From: Octopus sinensis
Lineage: Eukaryota
Direction: 5' to 3'
DNA length: 64,000 nucleotides
NCBI RefSeq assembly: GCF_006345805.1
Contig: NC_043000.1
Span: 17,236,001-17,300,000, forward strand
How positions within the stretch are numbered: the first letter of the stretch is position 1; each line of letters begins with the position of its first letter. The notes beneath the pieces are model-generated. The model was not told the origin of the DNA. It saw only the letters and a list, made by a program, of their open reading frames with translations, and did no database searches. This document shows positions 37,157 through 50,283 of the stretch, in pieces. The translations under genes were made by a program, and so were the position numbers.

Positions 37157-37896
37157 AATATATATATATATATATCTTATGTATGTATGTATCTTTTAAA
37201 TTCGTTTAGATAACGTTAGGGGTATGCAAATAAGCCTTCTGTTTCATTATGCCGGCTTCCGTTTAATGACACTGACTAATGAGTCATATTTTGGGGGTTG
37301 CATCATGGTCATACCGATATAATGTAGAATAAATATAATGACAATAATACCAGGATGAAATTTATAAATATTTAATACATCGGTACGTACATTTCCACAG
37401 ATCAGATGATTTTGACATCAGAGTCAGGGCTGGTTCTAAGTGCAGCGTCCCCATAGCCAGCCATAAACTAATTAAGATAACTGATTTGAAATAATAGTCA
37501 TTCGTTATCTTAGCTTTTCGCATACATGTTATAACCACTCCTTCCAATTTCTCTGTAAATTCTAATGTTATTTTTTTAAATACTACTTACCAAATATGTT
37601 GGTCGTATTCGTCATCATTAAGATTTCATTTCACCTCTTTATAACTGTTTAAAATTTTGCCTGAAGATGGTATTATAGGCTATGATGTATGTTCTAATCC
37701 TTTCGTCTGACTATTATAACACCCACTCCAGTATAACAGTATAGTAAGACAAATAAGATCACAACTATCTATGACCGTCTACTTCGTACTGTCTACTTAT
37801 ACTGACACTGATAGAGAGTATTTATAACGACTCTCACATACCACTCGTCACGCAGGAGTAGTGTATCGTTATTACTATTATCCCCATAATAATGTA

Positions 37897-38069
37897 CCAT
37901 ATTTTAACTGTATAAAGAACCCTGGTAGAAAAGGAACCCCCTAACTTTGGGGGCTTAAAATTTGGAAAAATGGTTTTGTAAGGGATACTATCCATATAAA
38001 AGAAACTCCCATAATTTTTTAGACAAATTTTTGACAAAAAGTGGGTTCCTTATACACTGTAAAATACCG
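37897..38069. mobile_element. Tc1/mariner-superfamily (pogo/Tc2-like) MITE, 173 bp
   Basis: TIRs ccatattttaactgtataaagaaccc / gggttccttatacactgtaaaataccg with TA on both flanks. Confidence 0.7.
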
Positions 38070-38559
38070 TAATTTATGAATACATCAATAAAATTCTACC
38101 GAAACAGTTGTAAATTTTATACTCTATTTTTGTTCTTGCACACACTCGCACCCATGCGCGTGCGCGCACACGCACAAATAAGTATGCGTGAGCGTGCGTG
38201 CGTGCATGCGCGCGGGTAGGTGCCAGGAATAGTGGGTATGTCAAATTGGTGGGTGGATAACACCACATTACTCTATCACTGTCCCGAGAAAAACAAATAA
38301 ATATCAATATTCATAAAAATTACTAATTATACCAACAAGCAAAAGGAAACTATCAATTTGATGAACAAGAATTAAGATCACGCTTGCTGCGCGGTGTTAT
38401 TTACTCCGGTGGGCAAAACGGTGGAATGGTCACGTTTGGAATACTTTTGATCATACGCCTGCTTAATAAGGATTAACTTGAAGTTAAATAGTAACAACAC
38501 GCAACATCACGATTATCAGCATCACATCACATCCCATCCCGTTTACTATTAACAGCAAG

Positions 38560-39180
38560 AACAAACCACCGCACTTACGAACACAGCACCAGTATATCAC
38601 CTCCTACAATTATCAACGCCATCACAACCACCACCGTCTCAGCAACTAAAAGACATCTCGACCACTCCTACCATCGAGTTCACCATCACTACCACTACCA
38701 ACAACCACTACCTACAACAATAACAACAACAACATCAGCACCACCGCCACCAACAACACCACCAACACAACCAGCGACACTATCAAACCAACCTCCGTTA
38801 CCACCATCACCTCTACCACCACCATCACCGACACCATCATAACATCACCTGTTACCACTACCATTAACACAACTGCTGTCACCAACACCACCACCACCAC
38901 CACCATCAGCACCCCCATCAAACCAACCTCCGTCATCACCAGCACTACCACCGTCACCATCAAAACAAACTTCATCGCCCCCACCCACCTCTCATACAAC
39001 CACCGTCACCAACAACAACACCGTCATCAAAACAAACTTTATCGCTACCGCCAACACCAAGAAAACAACCACCGTCACCGCCACCACCACCACCACCACC
39101 ACCACCAACACCACAACCAGTATCACCACCTCCACTGACACGTCGGACGTCATCACCGCCACCAACACAACTATCTCCCA
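38560..39180. repeat. (ACC)-rich low-complexity tract
   Basis: Direct inspection. Confidence 0.85.
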
Positions 39181-39444
39181 GAGATTCCACACAAATCTCT
39201 ATTCATTTGAATGTAGACCAATCAACAATGACAAGGTTATCTAACCGGGTCAAAATCTAAAGTAGGTGACAGGGGGAGGTTTCCTACCTTAAAATATTTC
39301 ATCACCACTCTCATCTCACACGAAATAAATAAATAAACACTTCATTTGAACGGCGGTGGTAATAATGAGGCGAAATAGTATTTAGACAATGCATAAACCA
39401 CTGGTTGATTGGCGTACACATTTTCATATGCGCATATTTATGTA

Positions 39445-40727
39445 TTGGGTTGTCCGGAAAGTTCGTGCCGATTTCTAAAGGAAAGAAAAAGGTCAATAAA
39501 TACTTGCTATTACATTTTTAATCTACCAAATATGAACCATTTTGTTGCACAATGCATCTCCATCTTTCCTTTAACTTGAAAAATACCCTCTTCCCAGAAT
39601 TGAGGTGGTTTCGGGGCAAAGAATTCATCAAAGTATCTTTTTACGTCAGCCAAGGAATTGAAATTTTTACCATTAAGACTATTCTGCAGAGACCTAAATA
39701 AGTGGAAATCCGAAGGAGCAATATCTGGTGAATATGGAGGGTGGGATAACACATCCCAGCCGAGCTGCAGTAATTTTTGTCTGGTTCCCAAACAAACGTG
39801 CGGTCTTGCATTATCATGTTGGAAAACAACACTCTTCCTGTTGGCCAATTCTGGACGTTTCTCTTGAATTGCTGCTTTTAACTCGTCCAGTTATGTGCAG
39901 TATTTCTCAGAATTAATTGTCTGGTTACTCAGGAGAAGCTCATAGTACAGAATTCCTTTCCAATCCCACCAGACACAAACATGACATTTTTCGGGTGAAG
40001 GCCCGCTTTTGTGGTGGCTAAGGGTGGCTCATGTCAATTACTCCAGGATCGCTTTCTCTGAACATTTCGGTAGATAATCCATTTCTCATCACCTGTCACA
40101 ATTTGCTTTAAAAAAGGCGCGTTTTCATTCCGTTTATAAAGCGAATCACAGATGGAAATGCGATCCAAAAGGTTCTTCTCACTAAACTCATGTGGTACCC
40201 AAACAACGAAGCGATTTGTGTACCCAAGCTTTACTAGGTGCTCAAGAACGACGGATTTTGATAGGTTGAGGCTTTCTGCCAATTCTCGGGTTGTGCAATG
40301 TGGGTTATTCTCAATTAATGACTTCATTTGGTCATCATCTGTAGTGGATGGTCTGCCTGATCGCTCTTTATCAATAAGGCTACAATCTCCAGCTCGGAAC
40401 TTTGCGAACCACTTCCGTACAGTTCTTTCAGATAAAGAAACATCACCGTAAACTGCGCATATTTCTTTGGTTGCTTGTGAGGCATTTTTCCCTTTACAGA
40501 AAAAGAAAAGCATCAACTGCCGAAAATGACTTTCTTATCTTCCATTTTAAAGGGTTACAGAATTAACACAGTTTATAGGAACATAAACCTTCTTCCACGA
40601 AAAGATAGCTTAAACTTTGCTCTAAATGGAGGTGTAGTCAAATCCTATTTTATGGACTCAACCATGTTCTAAAATAAGTTGAAAGGTAAACTACTATAAA
40701 TCGGCCCGAACTTTCCGGACAGCCCAA
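39445..40727 (-). mobile_element. Full-length mariner element (mellifera-subfamily-like), 1283 bp
   Basis: About 30-bp TIRs ttgggttgtccggaaagttcgtgccgattt / aaatcggcccgaactttccggacagcccaa; TA TSD at 39443-44 and 40728-29. Confidence 0.93.
39518..40545 (-). pseudogene. Mariner D,D34D transposase pseudogene
   Basis: WVPHE, TGDEKW, HDNARPH, HPPYSPDIAPSD motifs; two in-frame stops and several 1-bp frameshifts. Confidence 0.92.
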
Positions 40728-40764
40728 TATTTATATATTGATTTCAGATTTTGGCACAATGCCA

Positions 40765-40955
40765 GCAAGTTCGGGAAAAGGAAATGAGTGGATTACATCG
40801 ATCCCAGTACTCAACTGGTACTTCTTTTATCGACTCTGAAAGTGTTCTGAAAGGCAAAGTCGACCCTGGCGGAATTTGAATTCAGAACATAAGATCGGAT
40901 GAAATGCAGCTAAGTATTTTGCCCGGCGCGCCAACGATTCTGCTAGTTCGCCACC
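40765..40955 (-). mobile_element. Old SINE family C variant (alternative tail); similar copies about 49560-49772 and 51478-51600
   Basis: ggcgaactagcagaa..gaattcaaattccgcc..gtcgactttgcctttca with a tail ending ttgtgccaaaatctgaaat. Confidence 0.7.
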
Positions 40956-41044
40956 TTGTTATTCATATATCAAAATTTTGAAGTAAAGTTGATTGATTAC
41001 GACGCAACTAATAAATACTATCCTGTGCTTGTGTGTGTGCGTGC

Positions 41045-41086
<42 letters not shown>

Positions 41087-41117
41087 ATATATACATACGT
41101 ATACATACACGCACACA

Positions 41118-41173
<56 letters not shown>

Positions 41174-41175
<2 letters not shown>

Positions 41176-41572
41176 CGCAGGAGTGGCTGTGTGGTAAGTA
41201 GCTAGCTAACCAACCACATGGTTCCGGGTTCAGTCCCACTGCGTGGAATCTTGGGCAAGTGTCTTCTGCTATAGCCCCGGACCGACCAATGCCTTGTGAG
41301 TGGATTTGGTAGACGGAAACTGAAAGAAGCCTGTCGTATATATGTATATATATGTATGTGTGTCTGTGTTTGTCCCCCTAGCAGTGCTTGACAACCGATG
41401 CTGGTGTGTTTACGTCCCCGTCACTTAGCGGTTCGGCAAAAAGAGACCGATAGAATAAGTACTGGGCTTACAAAGAATAAGTCTCGGGGTCGATTTGCTC
41501 GACTAAAGGCGGTGCTCCAGCATGGCCGCAGTCAAATGACTGAAACAAGTAAAAGAGTAAAAGAGTAAAGAG
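41174..41572 (+). mobile_element. SINE family B (young, full length)
   Basis: Full modules, (taaaagag)n tail, flanked by (TA)n. Confidence 0.93.
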
Positions 41573-41874
41573 TATATATATATATACACGCGCGCACACA
41601 GAGAAAGAGGTGTGACTGAAATTCCACAAGATATATAGTGCGGTGCTCTTCTACGTCTGCCATCTACCACCCTGTTTGCCCTCTACAGATTGTACGCACA
41701 TCAGAACAGGATTCTGACATTACAGTTAGACTAGTAAACAAGGCAATAGCTATGCACTTATAAATGTATTCTTGCCATTTAGATTTACATAATATTTCTG
41801 ATACTCCACCGCCCTTCAAAATAACAATAGTTAGATTATACACATACAAAAATAAATAAATAAATAAATAATGG

Positions 41875-42260
41875 TGCAGGCGTGGCTGTGTGGTAAGAAG
41901 TTTGCTTCCCAACCACATGGTTTCGGGTTCAGCCCCACTGCGTGACTAAAGCCATGTGAGTGGATTATGTAGACTGAAACTGTTTTTTTTCATCTGTCTG
42001 TCCGTCTGTCTACGCTATGTGTGTGTGTGGTGTGTGTGTGTGTCTGTCCCCCATCACTGCTTGACAACCGGTGTTGGTGTGTTTACGTCGCCGTAACTTA
42101 GCGGTTCGGCAAAAGAGAAAACGATAGAATAAGTACCGAGTTTAACAAGCTAAAAAAAAGTATGGGGGTCGATACATTCGAGTAAAAATACTTCAAGGCG
42201 GTGCCCCAGCATGGCCGCAGCCTAATGACTGAAACAAGTAAAAGATAAAAAAATAAAAGA
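41875..42260 (+). mobile_element. SINE family B, older with internal deletion
   Basis: Head and 3' half are recognisable. Confidence 0.8.
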
Positions 42261-42534
42261 TGAACGAACGGGTAAATGAATAAGCAACAACGATAATAAG
42301 AATAATTCCATCATTGGTACGGACCACATATTTTAAGTGAAGGAGAATGCCGGTTTAATCGATTCCATTATTTACGTGGTAATATTTCATCGAACACGAA
42401 AGAAAGATAAAGTCAACTTCAGGTGGAATTTGAACCTAGAAGATAAAGATAACTAAATGCCACAATTTATTTTCCTCCATGAGCTTCAGGTTCCTGCTAC
42501 TCACCTGCTCTGGAATCTATCTGGAAGGTAACAT

Positions 42535-43572
42535 ACAAACATACATGCATGCATGCATACATACATACATACATACATACATACATACATACATACATAC
42601 ATACATACATACATACATACATTACATACATACATACATACATTTATACATACATGCATACATACATACATACATACATCATACATACATACATATGCAT
42701 ACATACATACATACATACATACATACATACATGCATACATACATACATACATGCATACATACATACATACTACATACATGCATACATGCATGCATGCATG
42801 CATACATACATACATACATACATACATACATGCATACATACATACATACATACATACATACATGCATACATACATACATACATACATACATACATACATG
42901 CATACATACATACATACATACATGCATACATACATACATACATACATGCATGCATGCATACATACATACATACATACATACATACATACATGCATACATA
43001 CATACATACATTTATGCATACATACATACATACATGCATACATACATACATGCATACATACATACATACATACATACATACATACATGCATGCATACATA
43101 CATACATACATACATACATACATACTACATGCATACATACATACATACATACATACATACATACATACATAATACATACATGCATACATACATAGATACA
43201 TACATACATACATACGTACATACATACATGCATACATACATACATACATACATACATGCATACATACATACATACATACATACATGCATACATACATACA
43301 TACATACATACATACATACATACATACATACATACATGCATGCATACATACATACATACATACATACATACATACATACATACATGCATGCATACATACA
43401 TACATACATACATACATGCATGCATACATACATACATACATACATACATACATACATACATACATACATGCATGCATACATACATACATACATACATACA
43501 TACATGCATACATACATACATACGTACATACATACATACATGCATACATACATACATACATACATACATGCA

Positions 43573-43603
<31 letters not shown>

Positions 43604-43800
43604 CATACATACATACATAATACAACATACGTACATACATACATACATGCATACATACATACATACATACATACATGCATACATACATACATACGTACAT
43701 ACATTCATACATACATACATACATTCATACATACATGCATACATACATACATACATACATACATTCATACATACATACATACATACATACATACATACAT
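42535..43800. repeat. About 1.26-kb (TACA)n microsatellite with TGCA variants
   Basis: Direct inspection. Confidence 0.98.
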
Positions 43801-44066
43801 TGGCATACATATGTGTATGTATGTATATATATATATAGAGAGAGAGAGAGAGGGGGGGCTAACGGTGTCATTGAGACCCAAAGGTGTCAGGTAATGCTGA
43901 ATAATTGCTATGGATAGACCGTAGTTAAGTTCCAGGTTCGGTGATTATGCGAATAAGGAGTCCAACGTAGGGCCATATATCAGTGTGTGTATATAAATTT
44001 TTTTTCTGTAATGAGATAAAAAAAAAACCAAGGGTGTGTAGATTTTAGAACATTTATAGATAGAAG

Positions 44067-44114
44067 GTCTTACAGCTGTTTCTAGGATATTTATTATATC
44101 CTTTCATCGGAGAC
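44067..44114 (-). ncRNA. Minimal hammerhead ribozyme motif with U4C core variant
   Basis: GTCT-CCGATGA-A-AGGATAT-AATAA-ATATCCT-A-GAAA-C-AGCT-GTA/AGAC: perfect 7-bp stem II, palindromic stem III ACAGCTGT, 4-bp stem I. Confidence 0.72.
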
Positions 44115-45053
44115 GGTGTGAGAAGATGGTTAAGCAATAGTTAATTTAGATAAGATACGAATAGAGAGATGATTTCTTTTATAACACTATCTCACCGAAT
44201 CTGGCAAATTCATAGTGTAGAAATAAACTATTTTATGTTGATGGTAGTTTGAAATTCGTATGGAATGGTTGTACTTACGAGAATTTAGCAATTTCGATCT
44301 TTTGTTTAAGCTTGAAAAATGTGTTATTAGAATGTAATTATTCTCCTGGAAACAAAGATCATGCTTTTGGACTCAATAAATAAACGTGGAGGCATGTTCT
44401 GTAAAGGCGCATTCGATTTTTTTAAACTATGGCTATCGTCATCCTTTACGCTCCAAATATATCTGGTCAGTGAAGTGGTGACGAATCCCTACATATGTCA
44501 AAATATTATGTGAAAGGGGTTTTTCTGTAACCTTGACATAGCTTTTCTGTAAGGAAGGCTATAGTTCGATAAACTACTACTTTCGAAAGATGTCGCTGAG
44601 AAGAAATGTATCAGGATCGTTGCAATTACATGGAGAAAAAGTTTTACGCGTTTCTGAAAAAGGCTTCATCTATCTGTACTGGCTTTGGAAGAAGCAAAGT
44701 TCATCTTGATGCAATTTTTATTAAACATTTTATTATATGTATGGTCTATGGGGAAATGCTTATTTATAAGGTTTAGCAAAATCCTAGCATCATTGGAACA
44801 AACAGGACTATACCACATTTAACTGCCTGTTACTCTTTATAATGTCTCACATCTTCAAGGCCACTGTCTTTCAGTGCTTCATTGTCATAAGGATCAACTA
44901 AGTTAAAAGATTTAATTGCCAACGGATAAGCGGTTACTAACGTCAATGACAAAGTTAAAGATTTTTAAGGAATGGCTGGAATGATATTAATATACTGTAA
45001 TTCTCGCTAGAGCAAGAATTATTTGTAAATCTAGAGTTATATCTAAGAAATTC

Positions 45054-45439
45054 GGAGGCGCAATGGCCCAGTGGTTAGGGCAGCGGACTCGCGGTCATAG
45101 GATCGCGGTTTCGATTCCCAGACCGGGCGTTGTGAGTGTTTATTGAGCGAAAACACCTAAAGCCCCACGAGGCTCCGGCAGGGGATGGTGGTGATCCCTG
45201 CTGTACTCTTTCACCACAACTTTCTCTCACTCTTACTTCCTGTTTCTGTTGTACCTGTATTTCAAGGGGCCGGCCTTGTCACTCTCTGTGTCACGCTGAA
45301 TATCCCGAGAACTACGTTAAGGGTACACGTGTCTGTGGAGTGCTCAGCCACTTACACGTTAATTTCACGAGCAGGCTGTTCCGTTGATTCGGATCAACCG
45401 GAACCCTCGTCGTCGTAACCGACGGAGTGCTTCCACCCC
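45054..45439 (+). mobile_element. SINE family A inserted in the PLE RT
   Basis: 13-bp TSD atctaagaaattc at 45041 and 45440. Confidence 0.95.
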
Positions 45440-46647
45440 ATCTAAGAAATTCACAATGTTTAGTTTCGTATCGGCAGTTATCTTTAAATCTAATAGTATC
45501 CATTGTGGCTATTCGTACTTTCCTAAATGTGTTGTCATCTAAATAAAGACCGTACCTGAAGAACAAAATCTCTCCTGAAATAAATTTAAAATTTACGATC
45601 CTATTAATCTACAAATCTTAGTTCCATCGCACGATTCCGGGCTACATCATCAAACGATTCTTACCCACCAAGTTTAATGAAAAAATTATAGTAAAAATCA
45701 ACAATTTCCTTGCGGTTATATTAATATTAATGTTAATGTTCAAATCACTATCTAAAATAAAAGTTCAATCAAACTCTAAATAATTTTGAAGGAATATTGT
45801 TGAGGATAGCTATAAAACTTCCGTATCGAAATGCATAAATTTAAAAGATGGTTATTTTATTACCGAACTACTTGATGAGAGATAAAGTATTATTTCACAA
45901 CGTGAGACACACAACCAATGTAACGTTTAAAATGATCAAACTTTAAATATTTTTACTAATCCCAATCATTCTCCTCGTCCCCAGATTTATTAGCCTGGAC
46001 CTGAGTATAGCAAGGGAATTAACATTATGACATTAAATAAAATTTTATGGTTAACGTAGTGCTAAAGTTTCTACTCTATCTTCTATTTTTAGGCTGGCAG
46101 CCACTACTTTACCTGCCAAATTAATAGCATGTAAGTTCAAAGATAGGAGGATACATTGGGTTTTCTTTATATAGATATTGGCGATATTATTAGAAAAGTG
46201 TCTATGGTATGTGCGGCTATCAGTATTGCACACATTTTTGTTTTATCTACAGAAACACAGACGTGTGTTGAGTTCTTAAATTTCGTTTAATCCTTATGTA
46301 ATAAATTTTGAATGTCGGATATTTTTAAAGGTTCTAGTGTATTTCTGTGTGAAGGAATCCATGACATCCGAAGTCGATCTTGTTTTTCTAGGTAGTATTC
46401 GTATTCCGCCTATTTAAGGAATGTTCCATCTCATCCTATTGATCTGTTCTTCAATATTTTCTATTAAACATATAAATTACTTAATTTTGCAGAAAATTTC
46501 GGGAGGTGGTGTTTCATTTTCAGTTTTTTTTAAACCCTATTTATAGACAAAGTGGCAAATTAATGAGCAGTATATAGATTAATGAACGTTTGTAGCTACA
46601 AACAGAAAAAAAGTACTCACAACATAAACTCTGTTTTATATATTAAG

Positions 46648-46732
<85 letters not shown>

Positions 46733-47063
46733 TCACTGAAGAGAGAGAGAAAGCTGAAGCATTAAGACGTGTAGTATAGTCTAAGCGAAATGTAGTTATG
46801 ATAGGGCTCAAAAGATCTAAAACGCTTTTAAGATGCAAACTAAGATCTTAATACTTGAAAATCGCTGGCAGTTACGCCAATGAAAAACTAGTGGAAGCAT
46901 CGCATAAACACACACACACAAACGCGTGCATACAAATATGGCAGAGAGAGAGGGGGGGAAGGGAGCGAAGGAGTATGTCATTTCTATCATTTGGGGTTTT
47001 TACTTCGTGTCAGCTATCACAGCTAAAATATAACTTGTTACTACTTTTAGTGTTGGCCGAATA

Positions 47064-47433
47064 ATGGATGGAAGCACTCCGTCGGTTACGACGATGAGGG
47101 TTCCGGTTGATCCGAATCAATGGAACAGCCTGCTCGTGAAATTAACGTGTAAGTGGCTGAGCACTCCACAGACACGTGTACCCTTAACGTAGTTCTCGGG
47201 GATATTCAGCGTGACACAGAGAGTGACAAGGCCAGCCCTTTGAAATACAGGTACAACAGAAACAGGCAGTAAGAGTGAGAGAAAGTTGTGGTGAAAGAGT
47301 ACAGCAGGGATCACCACCAGCCCCTGCCGGAGCCTCGTGGAGCTTTTAGGTATTTTCGCTCAATAAACACTCACAACGCCCGGTCTGGGAATCGAAACTG
47401 CGATCCTATGACCGCGAGTCCGCTGCCCTAACC
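47064..47433 (-). mobile_element. SINE family A, lacking about 20 nt at the 5' end
   Basis: Sequence identity to family A. Confidence 0.92.
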
Positions 47434-47827
47434 TATATATTTGTAAATCGATGTTTAGTGCTGATGGTTTCAAATTGTTAATGACTCGCGATATGTCGCT
47501 TGAAATTTATCCTTAATCACTACTAGAGTTGCAAGTTGATTGCTCAGAGAGTTTCGAGAAAACAGACTCTTCTGCCCTGGTTATAACCCCTAACAGATGG
47601 TTGGTCTGGATTTCTAGAAAGTCGTGTATCCAAACATCATTAAACTATTCCGGTGGAAATTTTAGTTAAGCCTCTTAAAATTTTCGGAAGATAACTGAAC
47701 AACTCTGCCGACCTTTAAATTCCGAACTGCTCCCGGTTTCACAGCTGATAATAGTACGTAAAGAAGGCAGTTTAATTGCTCAATAATAAACAATCTCAGA
47801 AAACACGCACAGACGCGCACGCACGCA

Positions 47828-47863
<36 letters not shown>

Positions 47864-48311
47864 CACACAAACACACACAAACACACACACACACACACAT
47901 GAATTTACGCGACTACGTGTTTGCGCTTACCGATGACCTACGTGAGTTGGTTTGTTACAAACTACACTAACAATATCTAAAAATAGATAGATAAATAAAT
48001 AAATAAATCGTATAGTCCAATCACTCAGTCTTTACGAAACCAACAATTTAGAAGTTAATTCCGTCAGCAAATACTTCCAAGTCTATTTGTTACCATTCAA
48101 CCCACTTTTGTAGTTCATTAACCCTTTTAAAATGGTTGACGTAAATTTACGCACGCAACGCACATGCTTTAAATCGCGATTACCGTTGCTCCGTGCAAGC
48201 AACCGAATGAATCACCGCCGTAAACTGGTTAAAATGGTTTTTGATTGGTGTATTTACTCTATTTCTTTTCCTTGTTTTTTTTTTTCTTCCTTGCAGTACA
48301 TTCAGTGATAT

Positions 48312-48560
48312 GGAGACGCGTGGCTTAGTGGTTAGGGTGTCAGCACCATGATCGTAAGATTGTGGGTTCGATTCCTGGACCGGTCGACGCTTTGTGTTCT
48401 TGAGCAAAACACTTCGTTTCACGTTGCTCCAGTCCACTCATCTGGCAAAAATGAGTAACGCTGCGATGGACTGGCGTCCCGTCCAACTGGGGAACACATA
48501 CGCCATAGAAACCGGGAAACCGGGCCCATGAGCCTGTCTAGGTTTCAAAAGGGCGCATTT
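48312..48560 (+). mobile_element. tRNA-derived SINE: head + CORE-like middle + tail 2
   Basis: A/B boxes, tgtgttcttgagcaaaacactt..gctccagtccactca..aaaatgagta, then acgctgcgatggactggcgtcccgtcc. Confidence 0.75.
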
Positions 48561-48966
48561 ATTTATATTTTTTTACATTCAGTGAAATAAAACACAACGC
48601 TGGCGAGATGTTTGTGAAGTCTGGAGGCCTAGTGCTTAGGATATTCGATTCATGCGTATAAAATTGTGGGTTCGATTCTTGGGACGGGTGGAGAATTGTA
48701 TTCCCGAGCAAGACACTTCGTTTAATGTTCCCCTCGTTTACTGAGCCGTAAATGAGGAAAATAGTCATACCAGTTGGGTGCCAGTACACCTCTTTCCCTC
48801 CATCTGGCACATACTGTGTTTGCAACAAGGTGGACAGTGTTGAAAGGATGTCTGTGTTTGCCCGGGATTGCATAGGCACCGAAAACAATTGATGACCGCA
48901 TCGGTTGTAGTAGAACTTAGAGTTCAGAGAGTCGGAACAAACACCGCGAGATAATTTTGTTCGATA

Positions 48967-49196
48967 GACGGCGAGCTGGCTGAAACGTTAGCGCGCCGGG
49001 CGAAATGCGTAGCCGTTTTTCGTCTGCCGTTACGTTCTGAGTTCGAATTCCGCCGAGGACGACTTTGTCTTTCATCCTTTCGGGGTCGATAAATTAAGCA
49101 CCAGTTACGCACTGGGGTCGATGTAATCGACTTAATCCGTTTGTCTGTTCTTGTTTGTCCCCTCTGTATTTAGCCCCTTGTGGGTAGTAAAGAAAC
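48967..49196 (+). mobile_element. SINE family C (young monomer)
   Basis: 18-bp TSD agataattttgttcgata at 48949 and 49197. Confidence 0.94.
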
Positions 49197-49867
49197 AGAT
49201 AATTTTGTTCGATACTCTAACGACTCTCGCAATTAGTACGTGTGCGCGTGTCAACGCTTATAAACGCGCGAGCACGTGCATGGTGGGGGTATCCTAAGCG
49301 GCTTTTCAATATGTTGCAAGCCATCGCCACAAATGGCCTCCTCGTCAACTTTTCACTGTAGATATCATTCGGCAGATGTTGAGGCGCGACATCAGCTACA
49401 TTCATCTCGCCAGTGGTGGTGGGGGTGCTGCAGATTCCTGAGTTTTCCTTCTATCTCCCGAATGAATAACTTCAAAGAAAAAAAAAGACAAATAAAAGGT
49501 TTCATTACTCATTCAGACTTTCTATCTATATCACTACTTGCTTTAAATTCATTATAAATGTTGGTTTCAAGTTTTGGCTCAAGGCCAGCAATTTCGGGGG
49601 GTAATGGGTGAACCGATTGCATCGACCTCAGTTCTCAACTGATATTTATTTTATCGACCCCGAAAGGATGAAAGGCAATGTCGACCTTGGCAATGTCGAA
49701 CTCAGAACATAGCGGCGGGCGAAATACCGCCAAGCATTTCGTCCAGCGTGCTAATGATTCAGCCAGCTCACTGCCTTTTTCATTATGGTAATAACAGCAT
49801 GAGAAAGCAAATTGCTTTCAATTCTGTCAGTATACAAGCGGCCCTCAAAAAACATTTTGTGATTAAA

Positions 49868-50283
49868 GGCAGGAGTGGCTGTGTGGTAAGTAGCTTGTTT
49901 ACCAACCACATGGTTCCGGGTTCAGTCCCACTGCGTGGCACCTTGGGCAAGTGTCTTCTACTATAGCCTTGGGCCCACCAAAGCCTTGTGAGTGGATTTG
50001 GTAGACGGAAACTGAAAGAAGCCCGTCGTATATATGTATATATATATATATGTGTGTGTGTGGTGTGTGTTCGTGTGTCTGTGTTTGTCCCCCTAGCATT
50101 GCTTGACAACCGATGCTGGTGTGTTTATGTCCCCGTTACTTAGCGATTCGGCAAGAGAGACCGATAGAATAAGTACTGGGCTTCCAAAAGAATAAGTCCT
50201 GGGGTCGAGTTGCTCGATTAAAGGCGGTGCTCCAGCATGGCCGCAGTCAAGTGACTGAAACAAGTAAAAGAGTAAAAGAGTAA
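49868..50283 (+). mobile_element. SINE family B
   Basis: Full copy, followed by a second diverged B-type tail (about 50310-50400). Confidence 0.92.

Larger units (their letters stand above)
44020..46500 (-). mobile_element. Decayed Penelope-like retroelement (RT + GIY-YIG remnants), interrupted by SINE A
   Basis: Hand translation of the minus strand gives KIEDRVETLA, RLIN, GLYLDD, NIVNFLDITLDL, NEALKDSG, LINKHFP, LNKR, typical of PLE RT and C-terminal regions; hammerhead at the 3' end. Confidence 0.75.

Noticed and set aside
40034-40516. Domesticated SETMAR-like gene
   Set aside because: Intact TIRs, TA TSD, stops and frameshifts, no SET domain.
49276-49557. 93-aa ORF in GC-richer patch
   Set aside because: No recognisable motifs; GTG start; other frames contain stops.
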